DNA of 64,000 nucleotides from an uncultured Bacteroidales bacterium (GCA_944323345.1 CALUSC010000006.1:17539-81538); one strand, 5' to 3'; positions 19,478 to 29,324 are shown, counted from the stretch's first letter. Translations and numbers: made by a program. Notes: generated by a model not told the origin, from the letters alone.

Positions 19478-21055
19478 CTATTCAGCCAGTGTGTCGAGAT
19501 CTCCGTACCAGTATGATGCAGCCCTGTAGTCCACGGTGCCGGGAACCCAGCTGAGCATTTCAAGATCGAACACCAGGGATTCACGGAATGGCATTATGTC
19601 CAGATTCCTGGTTCTCATGAATGTGTTGTATCCGTGAGATGAGTCTTCGTCAGCTCTCGGAGCCCCTCCGAACGGAGTGTCGAACGGGACGACAGGCGCC
19701 CAGGAACAGTTGAAATAATCTTCCGTGCCGGTTCCCATTATGGAAGGGAAAATGTCGTCATCTATCCATATTTTCTCATCTCCTTCCCCGTACCATGACG
19801 GACAATGGTTATACAGAGAAAGGATGTCTCCGCAATATATGCCCCTGCCTTTCACGGAGGCGAAGTTCCATTCGATGTTATCGTTCGAATTGTAGTCGCT
19901 GCCGGTAGGAACGGCTGCCTGTTCCCTGTAAGACGCATGGAAATACAGAGTGTTGTCAGTCATCTCATAATCATCGACATAGCATGTCAATACCGCTTTG
20001 TAACAGTGTGCCGACGCATTTACGATGCAGATTTCAGCATTGTCCCTGTACGGCATGACCCATCTGGATGAGAATCTGCCTTTCCCGTCAGATGTCAGAT
20101 ACCATCCGTCGACGGCAGGTGTGCCTGTCCCGGCTCCGAAGAAACAGTCCAGAGGGCAGTCCACGCATTCCACACCGTCGAACTTCATCTTTATGTAGCT
20201 GTTCCGCATTATTTCATGGAGAGCGGAACTGTCCTCCAAATCCTTTATGTTCAGTGAGAGATAGCGGACAGCATTATTGCCGGCAGGCAAATCGAGACAA
20301 GAGTCTGACGTTTTCGTCGGAGAAAAAGTCTTTATGCACTCTGTGCCTGAAGTGAAATTTTCCGCATTGAGCAGCCTTTTGCAGATACGTTCTATTTCCG
20401 GAGCAAGATTTCTTGCCTGCTTCAGAGAAAACGTCTTTACGTCCGTTCCGTCCGGATATTTCCTGTAAGTGATCTGATAATACCTCGGTATGTCATTTTT
20501 GCCGGAAGTTTCCTCAAGTGTTATTTTACATGATTCGGAATAAGGCATCGGCAGAAAAAATGTATTTCCTCCCACTCCTGTGAGATTTGCGTCATAATGG
20601 GTGTGGGTCAAAGAGAGCGGGATTCCGGGGTTTACGGGGAATCTGTCCATGTCATAGGCGTCGACGGTGATGTCGGGTTCATCCGATCCGTCGAAATAGA
20701 ACCGCAGCGTACCGGTTTTGTCTCTGGTAGTCATCCATATTCTGGTAATGGCTCCGGGACCTTTCTCATCGAACAGGACTTTTTCCGTCCGGCCCTGGAC
20801 AGAATCGATCCGTTCGAATCCGAATCCGTCGTCATTTGCAAACCAGCCCGGCTCGTCAGGCTTTGTGGTCCTGCGGTCATAGCTGCTGACCTGCGCCGTC
20901 CTGTATTCAGGTTCAGGCCATGAAACCACGGCGTCATACGACACCATTTCATTCAGCAGGCTTTCCGTTGTCACGCATTTCCCGTCATTCCCGGCCTGAA
21001 CGCATGAGACGGCGGATGCCGACAAGAATAAAAGGCAAATCAGATTTTTCATCAT
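19478..21055 (-). CDS. DUF2961/GH172 family exo-alpha-D-arabinofuranosidase / alpha-D-fructofuranosidase lipoprotein
   Basis: Lipobox AVSC; SSYDR, GPGAITRIWMT, WYGEGDEKIWIDD, GTGTEDYFN, typical of DUF2961. Confidence 0.88.
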   Translation of the reverse strand: MMKNLICLLFLSASAVSCVQAGNDGKCVTTESLLNEMVSYDAVVSWPEPEYRTAQVSSYDRRTTKPDEPGWFANDDGFGFERIDSVQGRTEKVLFDEKGPGAITRIWMTTRDKTGTLRFYFDGSDEPDITVDAYDMDRFPVNPGIPLSLTHTHYDANLTGVGGNTFFLPMPYSESCKITLEETSGKNDIPRYYQITYRKYPDGTDVKTFSLKQARNLAPEIERICKRLLNAENFTSGTECIKTFSPTKTSDSCLDLPAGNNAVRYLSLNIKDLEDSSALHEIMRNSYIKMKFDGVECVDCPLDCFFGAGTGTPAVDGWYLTSDGKGRFSSRWVMPYRDNAEICIVNASAHCYKAVLTCYVDDYEMTDNTLYFHASYREQAAVPTGSDYNSNDNIEWNFASVKGRGIYCGDILSLYNHCPSWYGEGDEKIWIDDDIFPSIMGTGTEDYFNCSWAPVVPFDTPFGGAPRADEDSSHGYNTFMRTRNLDIMPFRESLVFDLEMLSWVPGTVDYRAASYWYGDLDTLAE

Positions 21056-21085
21056 GTCATTTATTATATTATGTGGTTTGACTTA

Positions 21086-21946
21086 TTATAATGCGATCCA
21101 TGCACCGGCATGCCTGCATACTTCCGCAGCAGTCTTTACGGCGGCTTCATGTGCTTCCCGGACAGACTTGCCGTTGAGGACCGAACCGATGAAACTTCCT
21201 GTAAACGAGTCACCGGCTCCGACAGTATCCGCGACCTCGACTTCTGGCGTCCTGATTCTGGACAGGCCGTCTCCGGAATATACGGAACTGTATTGTGCCC
21301 CGGCAGTGAGAATCAGTAGCCTGAGATCCCATCTGGACATGATATGTCTGCAGACCTCGTCGGAATCTCCTTACAGACGAAAGAGCCTTTTTATTAAATC
21401 GAATTCTTCATCATTGATTTTCAGCACATTGGATATTTGCAGGTTTTTTTCTATCAGTTCGGTGGAATAGAATTGCTGCCGTATGTTGATATCGAAAATC
21501 CTGTACGCGTCTGCCGGCGTGGCCGCGACTATCGACGCAATGGTATCTCTTGACACCCGGGAGCGTTGCGCAAGCGTGCCGTAACATATTGCCGAAGCTT
21601 CGGCTGCGAGTGAAATCATCTCGTCCGTAAGCCGGATATGGTCCCATGCCACATTTTCATTGATGTGATACTGGGGTATCCCGTCTTTCAGCCGGACATC
21701 TACTGTCCCTGTAGGGTATTCCGTCACGGCAGCCCTTATTCTGATGCCGAATTCTTCCGTTGTCTTCAGCAGTTCCTTACCGAGAGGGTCATCTCCTACC
21801 GCACTGAAAGCGACGGCGCGGACTCCTGATTTGGAAGCGTAATATGTAAAATTCACGGGGGCCCCGCCTGCCTTTTTCCCGTCGGGAAGTATATCCCACA
21901 GGAATTCACCTATTCCCAGAACCAGCGGTTTTTTCATATCATTCAT
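21086..21946 (-). pseudogene. PfkB-family (fructokinase-like) sugar kinase interrupted by an in-frame TAA
   Basis: GIGEFLWD..GGAPVNF, FDINIR and LKINDEE run into ...RLFRL-TAA-GDSDEVCRHIMSRW... in the same frame, then DTVGAGDSF. Stop at 21371-21373. Confidence 0.88.
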
Positions 21947-23193
21947 TTTCCCAGTTTGTTTTGAAGATAATTTTCTATTTCATCGAGAGATTTTCCTTTA
22001 GTTTCAGGAATATAGATCCAGATAAATATCATGGCGGCCAGACACAGGATACAGAATGCTCCGAAAACAGCGGCCGGACCGTATGCGGAAACCGTGACGG
22101 GGAAAAGCTGTACTACGAGAAACGCGCATATCCAGCTGACTCCCGTGGAAACAGCCATCGCCGTTCCCCTTATGGATGAAGGGTAGATTTCGGACGTCAC
22201 TACAAACATGAGCGGGGAGAGAGACATTGCGAAAAATGCAATATACATGAGAATCGCTGCCAGAATGGCAATATTGTCCGCCTCCGGCTGCATGAATTCG
22301 TAAACAAGAAAAGCCAGGGAGACCACAAGTCCGGCACATCCGGCGATCAGTATTTTCTTTCGGCCGAGTCTGTCTACAAGCCAGACGGCCAATATTGTAA
22401 AGACGAAATTCACAATGCCGACATAAACGGATTGCAGCAGGGCTGCATCTCCTCCGATTCCGGCTTCTTTCAATATGCCGGGAGCATAATTGATGACGAC
22501 ATTGATACCTGTTATCTGCTGGAATGCCGCCAGCAATATGCCCAGAATGAGGATTTTCCCGTTCACTCCGCCCGTCAATGTTTTCCAGGATACGGAATCG
22601 TTTTCCCGTTTGCCGGCCCTTGCCGACCAGACAGGGCTTTCAGGAATGAATGCAAGGAACACCAGGGAAAGTACCGATGCCGCTGCCGGGACTCCGAGCA
22701 TCCACCGCCAGTTGTCGGCCCAGGTCATCATCATGAAATCCAGAAGATAGGCTATGAGGATGCCGGTGACGATAAACATCTGGTACAAAGATACCAGAGT
22801 CCCTCTCCATTTCGCCGGAGATATTTCAGAGACGTAGACAGGAATGACCGTAGAGAGGACACCCATGCCCGTCCCGATGAAAAACCGTGAGATCACAAGA
22901 AGAAGTACGCCTGAAGAGAATGCGCTCAGCAGAGAAAACAGCATTATGATGAATACGGAGCATGACAGTATTCTGACTCTGCCATATCTGTCACTCAACG
23001 TGCCTCCGGACAGTGCCCCGAACAGGCATCCTATCATTATGATGCTGGTGACGAACCCTGCCTGGAGAGGAGTCAGGGAGAAATCGGAAATCAGATAATC
23101 CAGGGCTCCTGATATCCCTCCCAGATTCAGACCGGCTACAAACGCGGCGAAAGATGCAGCTACGGCGCTGTAAACCATTTTTCTGTTATCCAT
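21943..23193 (-). CDS. Sugar porter family MFS transporter
   Basis: SDRYGR, YVSEISPAKWRG, PESP, QQITGIN, VDRLGRK, SEIYPSSIRG, PETKGKSLDEI. Confidence 0.93.
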   Translation of the reverse strand: MDNRKMVYSAVAASFAAFVAGLNLGGISGALDYLISDFSLTPLQAGFVTSIIMIGCLFGALSGGTLSDRYGRVRILSCSVFIIMLFSLLSAFSSGVLLLVISRFFIGTGMGVLSTVIPVYVSEISPAKWRGTLVSLYQMFIVTGILIAYLLDFMMMTWADNWRWMLGVPAAASVLSLVFLAFIPESPVWSARAGKRENDSVSWKTLTGGVNGKILILGILLAAFQQITGINVVINYAPGILKEAGIGGDAALLQSVYVGIVNFVFTILAVWLVDRLGRKKILIAGCAGLVVSLAFLVYEFMQPEADNIAILAAILMYIAFFAMSLSPLMFVVTSEIYPSSIRGTAMAVSTGVSWICAFLVVQLFPVTVSAYGPAAVFGAFCILCLAAMIFIWIYIPETKGKSLDEIENYLQNKLGK

Positions 23194-23223
23194 TGCCTGT
23201 ATTAATTATTGGTTAGCTGTAGG

Positions 23224-23289
23224 CAAAGATATGGTTTCAGACTGCCGGGGTTAATAAAAATCGTATCAATATCAATAATGAATGTTTCA
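23224..23289 (-). promoter_or_regulatory. PUL promoter (-7 TATCTTTG) with candidate HTCS direct-repeat operator
   Basis: Minus-strand TATCTTTG at 23231-23224. TGAAAC (23289-23284) and TGATAC (23268-23263) lie 21 bp apart upstream. Confidence 0.55.
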
Positions 23290-23320
23290 TCCGGCAGGCA
23301 GAATACTGATATTCCCGTAT

Positions 23321-23683
23321 TCAGTCATGTTTCCCGATTATTTTTTCCATCCAGATCATGCTGTACCAGCGTCCGAATTTATATCCGCATTTCCTCGCAT
23401 CCTTGTCGATGTAGATGCTCAGCTCGCACGATCTGCCGTATGCTTCACGCCCGACAAACGGACCGGCGTAGGTGTATCCCATGATCCTGCCGTCCTTTTC
23501 GATGACCAGATAAGGGTATTTTTCCAATGTGTGTTCTATCCTTTTCCGGAACACCTCGGCGGAAGGAGTCAGATATTCGAAAGAGACAGCTGTTTTCTCT
23601 ACATAATAGGAATATATTTCCAGCAGCCTGGGGGCATCTTCCGGTACTGCACTTCTGATCCGTATGTCTGTGTTTTCTTTCAT
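23321..23683 (-). pseudogene. GNAT N-acetyltransferase (Pat/YncA-like) with in-frame internal deletion
   Basis: N-terminal LLEIYSYYVEKTAVSFE...YPYLV...GYTYA...ELSIYI joins directly to the C-terminal GYKFGRWYSMIWMEK; only 120 aa. Confidence 0.7.
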
Positions 23684-23735
23684 ATCCAGGAAATTCTGCT
23701 TTTTTGTTTCAAGCCAGATACCGGAAAATTTTCCG

Positions 23736-24557
23736 TCAATCTGCCGAAAATTTTCCGGTGAGGGCGATGAAGTCTTCTACGCCGAGCCTTTCGGGACGGA
23801 GGTCGAATACAGGGTCGGATACGAATCTGGCCGTCTGTTCCGGAGACAGTCCGTTTTTCTCCGCCATTGCCGCGACGAGCGGCTTCAGGGAGTTTCTCAG
23901 AGTCTTGCGGCGCTGGTTGAATGAAGTTTTCACTATGGTTTTGAAAAGGCTTTCGTCGCAGCCGAGATCTTTTCTGGCATTGCGCCGGAGGCGGATGACT
24001 GCCGATTTTACTTTTGGAGGAGGGTTGAATGCGCCCTCTCCCACTGTGAACAGATATTCTATGTCGTACCAGGCCTGCAGCAGGACAGACAGTATGCCGT
24101 ACACTTTGGTTCCCGGCTTTTCGGCTATCCTTTCAGCCACTTCTTTCTGTATCATGCAGACTACCTGGGGGATACGGTCTTTGTGGTCCAGAATTCTGAA
24201 AAAAATCTGGGACGAGATGTTGTACGGGAAATTCCCGATGACGCAGAAATCCCCGCCGAAAAAACTCGCCAGGTCCAGTTTCAGGAAATCCGCCTGGATC
24301 AGGGAACCGTTTGCCTTCGGGAAGTTCATCAGGAGATAATCCACAGATTCACTGTCGATTTCCACCATTTTCAGGGCAATGTCTTCTCGTTCGAAAAGGT
24401 ATTGCGACAGCACTCCCATTCCGGGGCCTATTTCCAGGACGTCTGCCGGATGTTCCGGGGTGGCACCGTCCGGCTGCAGGCTGTCCGCTATTTTCCGGGC
24501 TGCCGACAGGTCTGTCAGAAAATGCTGGCCCAGGGACTTTTTGGCTCGTACTTGCAT
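23736..24557 (-). CDS. rsmA: 16S rRNA m6,2A dimethyltransferase
   Basis: [46 protein letters not shown]. Confidence 0.96.
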   Translation of the reverse strand: MQVRAKKSLGQHFLTDLSAARKIADSLQPDGATPEHPADVLEIGPGMGVLSQYLFEREDIALKMVEIDSESVDYLLMNFPKANGSLIQADFLKLDLASFFGGDFCVIGNFPYNISSQIFFRILDHKDRIPQVVCMIQKEVAERIAEKPGTKVYGILSVLLQAWYDIEYLFTVGEGAFNPPPKVKSAVIRLRRNARKDLGCDESLFKTIVKTSFNQRRKTLRNSLKPLVAAMAEKNGLSPEQTARFVSDPVFDLRPERLGVEDFIALTGKFSAD

Positions 24558-24584
24558 GTTTTCTTCATTTTCTTCAAAGTGACG

Positions 24585-24611
24585 CAAATATAGAATATTT
24601 TTGTACTTTTG
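24585..24611. promoter_or_regulatory. Back-to-back Bacteroidetes -7 elements for rsmA (TATATTTG, minus) and aspS (TACTTTTG, plus)
   Basis: CAAATATA at 24585-24592 and TACTTTTG at 24604-24611 match TAnnTTTG. Confidence 0.6.
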
Positions 24612-24676
24612 CAAGTTATTGGCATTGGCCGGCAGGGCGCCGGCATGTGCCTGATTGTTTAAAAGACAGTATCGTT

Positions 24677-26446
24677 ATGTACAGAACTCATACTTGCGGC
24701 GAACTCCGTATCGCTGATGCGGGAAAGACCGTGACATTGGCCGGCTGGGTGCAGAAATCCAGAAAACTCGGCGGGATGACTTTCATAGATCTCCGTGACA
24801 GATACGGAATTACGCAATTGGTAGTGGATGCGGCCGCAGATGCCGCCTTAGTGGAGACCGCTTCTTCGCTCGGACGTGAATATGTCATTCAGGCTACAGG
24901 AACCGTCATCGAGAGACAGAGCAAGAATCCGAAAATGCCGACCGGCGATATAGAAATAAGTCTGTCTTCGCTGAATGTGCTGAACAAGGCGCAGACTCCG
25001 CCGTTCACCATAGAGGACGAAAGCGACGGAGGCGAGGAACTGCGTGCCAAGTACAGGTATCTCGACCTTAGAAGGAATCCGTTGAAGAAAGCGCTTGAAC
25101 TCAGGCACAGGATAGCTCATGAAGTGAGGAATTATCTCGACGCCCAGGGATTCCTGGAGATAGAGACTCCGTATCTGATCAAGTCCACGCCCGAAGGGGC
25201 CCGCGATTTCGTGGTGCCTTCCAGAATGAATCCGGGACAGTTCTATGCCCTTCCGCAGTCTCCGCAGACATTCAAGCAGCTGCTGATGGTGGCCGGGTAC
25301 GACAGATATTTCCAGATAGTCCGCTGCTTCAGGGACGAAGACCTCAGGGCAGACCGCCAGCCGGAGTTCACCCAGATAGACTGCGAGATGTCCTTCGTGG
25401 AGAGGGACGATGTGCTGGACACATTCGAAGGAATGATGAGGACGCTGTTCAGGAACGTCCTGAATACAGACATCCCGAATCCGATTCCGCGCATGAGCTG
25501 GTTCGATGCCATGGACTATTACGGGTCTGACAAGCCGGATATCCGTTTCGGCATGAAAATCCACGATATCACGACACTGGTGAAAGGTCACGGCTTCACG
25601 GTTTTCGATTCATCGGAATATATAGGTGCCATTTGCGCCGACGGTCTGGCTTCATATACCCGCAAGCAGCTCGACGAGCTTACCGAGTGGGTGAAGAGGC
25701 CGCAGGTCGGAGCCAAAGGCCTGGTTTATATAAAAGTCAACGAGGACGGCAGCGTCAAGTCATCGGTCGACAAATTCTATTCTCCGGAAGAACTTCAGGG
25801 CATTGCATCGGAGATGCAGGCCAGGAAAGGCGACTTGATTCTTGTGCTCTGCGGACCGAAGAGAAAGACACAGACTATGCTGGGTGTGCTCCGTATCGAG
25901 ATGGGCAACAGGCTGGGTTACAGGGATCCGCATGTTTTCGCCCCTCTCTGGGTAGTGGATTTCCCTCTGCTCGAATGGGATGACGAGACATCCCGATTCT
26001 ATGCCATGCACCATCCGTTCACGGCTCCGAAACCTGAGCATCTGGACCTTTTCTACAGCGACAGGAAAGAGGATCTCGAAAAGGTATGTGCCAACGCCTA
26101 CGATTTCGTCCTTAACGGCACCGAGCTCGGCGGAGGTTCCATCAGGATTCACGATGCGAAGGTGCAGCAGAGAATGTTCGAAGTCCTCGGTTTCTCCGAT
26201 GAAGACGCCCAGTACAAGTTCGGCTTCATCATCAATGCGTTCAAGTTCGGGGCGCCGCCTCATGGAGGACTTGCATTCGGATTCGACCGTGTATGCGCCC
26301 TGTTCGGCGGCCAGGAGACCATCAGGGATTATATCGCATTCCCGAAGAACAATCAGGGCCGCGATGTCATGATAGATTCTCCGTCGTACATCGACCGGTC
26401 CCAGATGGACGAACTGTTCCTCACATCCACAGCCAAAAAAGATTAG
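24677..26446 (+). CDS. aspS: Aspartyl-tRNA synthetase
   Basis: [63 protein letters not shown]. Confidence 0.98.
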   Translation: MYRTHTCGELRIADAGKTVTLAGWVQKSRKLGGMTFIDLRDRYGITQLVVDAAADAALVETASSLGREYVIQATGTVIERQSKNPKMPTGDIEISLSSLNVLNKAQTPPFTIEDESDGGEELRAKYRYLDLRRNPLKKALELRHRIAHEVRNYLDAQGFLEIETPYLIKSTPEGARDFVVPSRMNPGQFYALPQSPQTFKQLLMVAGYDRYFQIVRCFRDEDLRADRQPEFTQIDCEMSFVERDDVLDTFEGMMRTLFRNVLNTDIPNPIPRMSWFDAMDYYGSDKPDIRFGMKIHDITTLVKGHGFTVFDSSEYIGAICADGLASYTRKQLDELTEWVKRPQVGAKGLVYIKVNEDGSVKSSVDKFYSPEELQGIASEMQARKGDLILVLCGPKRKTQTMLGVLRIEMGNRLGYRDPHVFAPLWVVDFPLLEWDDETSRFYAMHHPFTAPKPEHLDLFYSDRKEDLEKVCANAYDFVLNGTELGGGSIRIHDAKVQQRMFEVLGFSDEDAQYKFGFIINAFKFGAPPHGGLAFGFDRVCALFGGQETIRDYIAFPKNNQGRDVMIDSPSYIDRSQMDELFLTSTAKKD

Positions 26447-26448
26447 CC

Positions 26449-26856
26449 ATGCGGAAACTTCTGTATATCGTATGTTCAGCTGTCACTGCCGTGACAATGT
26501 TGCCGTTTTCCGGCAATGCCCAACAGCCTCAGGAGCCTCCTACAGTGACAGAGATGGCTGCGGAAGAGGCTGAAAGACTGGAGCGCCTGCTCGACCTGGA
26601 ATACTGGCAGGTATTTTATGTGGATTCGACTCTGCAGCATGACTTCCAGGCCATGCGTGACGAACTCATAGCCCTGAGTGAAGCCAAAGTGTCGAATTCT
26701 TCGATGTATGTTTCGGTCCAGGACAAATGGATGGAAAAGATTGACAGCAGCTACAGAAAGTATTTTACCGATGAACAGTGGAAGGCTTATCTGAAAAGCG
26801 GGGCTGCCAAACAGCAGAAAGCCAGAGAGAAGAGAAAGGCGAAAGCCAATAAGTAA
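26449..26856 (+). CDS. Small exported helical hypothetical protein
   Basis: Signal peptide MRKLLYIVCSAVTAVTMLPFSGNA; starts 2 nt after the aspS stop. Confidence 0.75.
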   Translation: MRKLLYIVCSAVTAVTMLPFSGNAQQPQEPPTVTEMAAEEAERLERLLDLEYWQVFYVDSTLQHDFQAMRDELIALSEAKVSNSSMYVSVQDKWMEKIDSSYRKYFTDEQWKAYLKSGAAKQQKAREKRKAKANK

Positions 26857-26889
26857 CGTATTGCCGGAAGGCGGAAATATGATAGTGTC

Positions 26890-27369
26890 ATGGATTTCTT
26901 TGAAGTGATAGCTGAAAGGCACAGTGTCAGGAAATATTCTGACAGGCCTGTGGAAAAGGACCTGCTGGACAGGATGATTTCGGTCGCGGAGACGGCGCCG
27001 TCCTCAAAAAATACCAAGAGTTCGGCCTTTATGGTGATTCAGGAGAAAGATACCATAGCGGCAGTTTCCGAGATGCGGGACAGGGGGTCGGCATTCGTCA
27101 AGGATGCTCCGGCCGTGATAGTGGTTCTCGGCGATGAGACCAAGACAGACCTTTGGGTGGATAACTGCGCCATATCCGCCACGTTCCTCCAGCTTGCCGC
27201 TACTGCGCTCGGTCTGGGAAGCTGCTGGGTCCACGTGAACGGACGTCCCCGTATAAGTGATGATCCTTCGGCAGGCAATGCCGAGGATTATCTGAGGAAT
27301 CTGCTCGGAATCAGGGACGGAATGCGGGTATTGTGCGTGGTTGCAGTGGGATATCCTGCCGAGGCGTGA
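26890..27369 (+). CDS. Nitroreductase family protein
   Basis: RHSVRKY, APSSKN, LAATALGLGSCWV, VAVGYP. Confidence 0.92.
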   Translation: MDFFEVIAERHSVRKYSDRPVEKDLLDRMISVAETAPSSKNTKSSAFMVIQEKDTIAAVSEMRDRGSAFVKDAPAVIVVLGDETKTDLWVDNCAISATFLQLAATALGLGSCWVHVNGRPRISDDPSAGNAEDYLRNLLGIRDGMRVLCVVAVGYPAEA

Positions 27370-27478
27370 CGCTGGCCGCGGCTCATGTCTTCGTGGGCTG
27401 TGCCGGGAAATTGAATTTAACGGACTGTGAAACTATTGCCGGCCGGCTGTATTGCCGGAGGCACTGAATATAAATGAG

Positions 27479-28501
27479 ATGAAAGAGAAAATAGATGCGC
27501 TTCTGGCTGAGATAGAGGCACTTGAATGTAAAACAGAGAATGAGATAGAGGAGGCGAGAGTCCGTCTGCTCGGAAAGAAAGGTGAAATAACCAGGCTTTT
27601 TGAGGAATTCAGAAACGTGGCTCCGGAGCAGAAAAGGGAATTCGGACAGAAGCTGAACCAGCTCAAGAATGCGGCTGCGGCCAGGATCGAGGCTCTCAGG
27701 GATTCACTTCAGGACAGCGGGACCTCTTTTGCGTCCTTTGATCTGACCAAACCGGGAGATCCGTTCAAGCTCGGTTCCAGACATCCGGTTTCCATAGTCA
27801 GAGAGGAGATTGTCGAGATTTTCCGCAAATTCGGCTACGACGTGGCGGAAGGACCGGAAGTGGAGGATGACTGGCATGTGTTCGAGGCCCTGAATTTTCC
27901 TCCTGAGCATCCGGCGAGGGACATGCAGGATACTTTCTTCATTTCTACGAGTGCAAATTCCATCCTGTTGAGGACCCATACTTCTTCGGTACAGGTCAGG
28001 GCCATGGAAAAACTTCCTCTTCCTATCCGTATCGTATGCCCGGGACGAGTCTTCAGAAACGAGGCTATTTCCGCCAGGGCCCACTGCATATTCCATCAGG
28101 TGGAAGGTCTTTATATAGATGAAAACGTGACTTTCGCGGATATGAAGCAGGCCATCCTCCTTTTCGCCCGCGAAATGTTCGGCGCAGGCAGTCAGATCAG
28201 GATGCGGCCGTCTTATTTCCCGTTTACCGAACCTTCTGCCGAAGTCGATGTCAGCTGTAATATATGCCACGGAAAAGGCTGCAATATCTGCAAGGGTACG
28301 GGCTGGCTCGAAATCATGGGCTGCGGTATGGTGGATCCAAATGTGCTTGAGGCTTCCGGCATAGACAGCAAGAAATACAGCGGATTCGCTTTCGGAATGG
28401 GTATCGAGCGTATCGCCATGCTGAAATGGCAGGTAAAGGACCTGAGGAATTATTTCGAGAATGATCTCCGTTTCCTCAGGGAGTTCGAGACATTCATTTA
28501 A
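27479..28501 (+). CDS. pheS: Phenylalanyl-tRNA synthetase alpha subunit
   Basis: HPARDMQDTF, LRTHTSSVQ, FHQVEGL, RPSYFPFTEPS, GFAFGMGIER. Confidence 0.98.
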   Translation: MKEKIDALLAEIEALECKTENEIEEARVRLLGKKGEITRLFEEFRNVAPEQKREFGQKLNQLKNAAAARIEALRDSLQDSGTSFASFDLTKPGDPFKLGSRHPVSIVREEIVEIFRKFGYDVAEGPEVEDDWHVFEALNFPPEHPARDMQDTFFISTSANSILLRTHTSSVQVRAMEKLPLPIRIVCPGRVFRNEAISARAHCIFHQVEGLYIDENVTFADMKQAILLFAREMFGAGSQIRMRPSYFPFTEPSAEVDVSCNICHGKGCNICKGTGWLEIMGCGMVDPNVLEASGIDSKKYSGFAFGMGIERIAMLKWQVKDLRNYFENDLRFLREFETFI

Positions 28502-28511
28502 CCGGATTTTC

Positions 28512-28841
28512 ATGAATATAGATTTTACGCGGATGGCTTTCGATTCTTTTCCCGCTTTCAAGGGAGGGGAGAAGGAGCTTCTGGCCAAAATGTCTTTCGA
28601 CGGGAAGAACCGGATCATGCGGGCCAGGCTCGTACCCGGTGCTTCCATCGGAATGCACAGGCATGAAGGGAATTGCGAGATGATTTATATCCTGTCCGGC
28701 TCAGGGTCCGTGATATTCGACGGCGAGAAGAGTCCTGTATGCCAGGGTATGTGTCATTATTGTCCGGAAGGGCACACTCACAGTCTGGTCAATGATTCGG
28801 ATTCGGATCTTGATTTCTTTGCCGTTGTGCCGGAGCAGTGA
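28512..28841 (+). CDS. Cupin domain protein
   Basis: PGASIGMHRHEGNCEMIYILSG ... HTHSLVN cupin motifs. Confidence 0.88.
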   Translation: MNIDFTRMAFDSFPAFKGGEKELLAKMSFDGKNRIMRARLVPGASIGMHRHEGNCEMIYILSGSGSVIFDGEKSPVCQGMCHYCPEGHTHSLVNDSDSDLDFFAVVPEQ

Positions 28842-28888
28842 AATTTCCGTTTTATTTTACGGAAGTTTCACTGAAGTTGGAGAAAAAA

Positions 28889-28919
28889 TTTGCAGAATTA
28901 AAAATTATACCTATCTTTG
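28889..28919 (+). promoter_or_regulatory. Consensus Bacteroidetes primary-sigma promoter for tRNA-Gly
   Basis: TTTG (28889-28892), 19-nt spacer, TATCTTTG (28912-28919). Confidence 0.8.
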
Positions 28920-28958
28920 CAATCCATTCTTGAGAATGGTAGTTCTTCGAACGAAAAT

Positions 28959-29034
28959 GCGGAAATAGCTCAGTTGGTAGAGCACAACCTTGCCAAGGTT
29001 GGGGTCGCGAGTTCGAGTCTCGTTTTCCGCTCCA
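28959..29034 (+). tRNA. tRNA-Gly (anticodon GCC)
   Basis: GCGGAAA acceptor / TTTCCGC, D-arm AGCTCAGTTGGTAGAGC, anticodon loop TTGCCAA, T-loop GTTCGAG, encoded CCA. Confidence 0.97.
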
Positions 29035-29038
29035 GTTT

Positions 29039-29064
29039 CAGCCTCACTTCGGTGGGGCTGTTTT
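29039..29064 (+). terminator. tRNA terminator
   Basis: CAGCCTCAC-TTCG-GTGGGGCTG followed by TTTT. Confidence 0.85.
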
Positions 29065-29076
29065 CGTATATATCAG

Positions 29077-29247
29077 TTAGTTATGCTGCTCTATCTCCGG
29101 TTTGTCCAGAAGTATCAGCAAATCCCAGTCTGAATCTTCTGTGGCTTCATTTCTCGCCCGAGACCCGTAAAGAATCAACTGCCCTCCTTTCGGGAGAACT
29201 TCTTTCGCTATTCGCTTGATTTCCTTTAATATGTCACTCGATTTCAT
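29077..29247 (-). pseudogene. Truncated minimal nucleotidyltransferase (MNT antitoxin-like)
   Basis: ILYGSRARNEATEDSDWDLLIL carries the GSxARG-like and DxD motifs. Stops after 56 aa; no HEPN partner is present. Confidence 0.72.
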
Positions 29248-29324
29248 AACTTCGTGGCTTATATGGCAAATATAACACATTTATCTGTAAACAGGTATAG
29301 TTAATGGCTATTCTGTTTAAGTCT

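Noticed and set aside
21371-21373. Stop-codon recoding or alternative genetic code explaining the kinase stop
   Set aside because: The codon is TAA, which terminates many genes in this window, and no other gene shows internal stops.
24311-24676. 122-aa N-terminal extension of aspS in the ORF track
   Set aside because: It overlaps rsmA and the divergent promoters; the canonical MYRTHTCG start is at 24677.
28255-28300. CxxC...CxxC motif in PheS
   Set aside because: This is a common feature of PheS in Bacteroidetes and Firmicutes, not novel.
28917-29219. 100-aa ORF
   Set aside because: It is a translation of the tRNA-Gly gene and its terminator.
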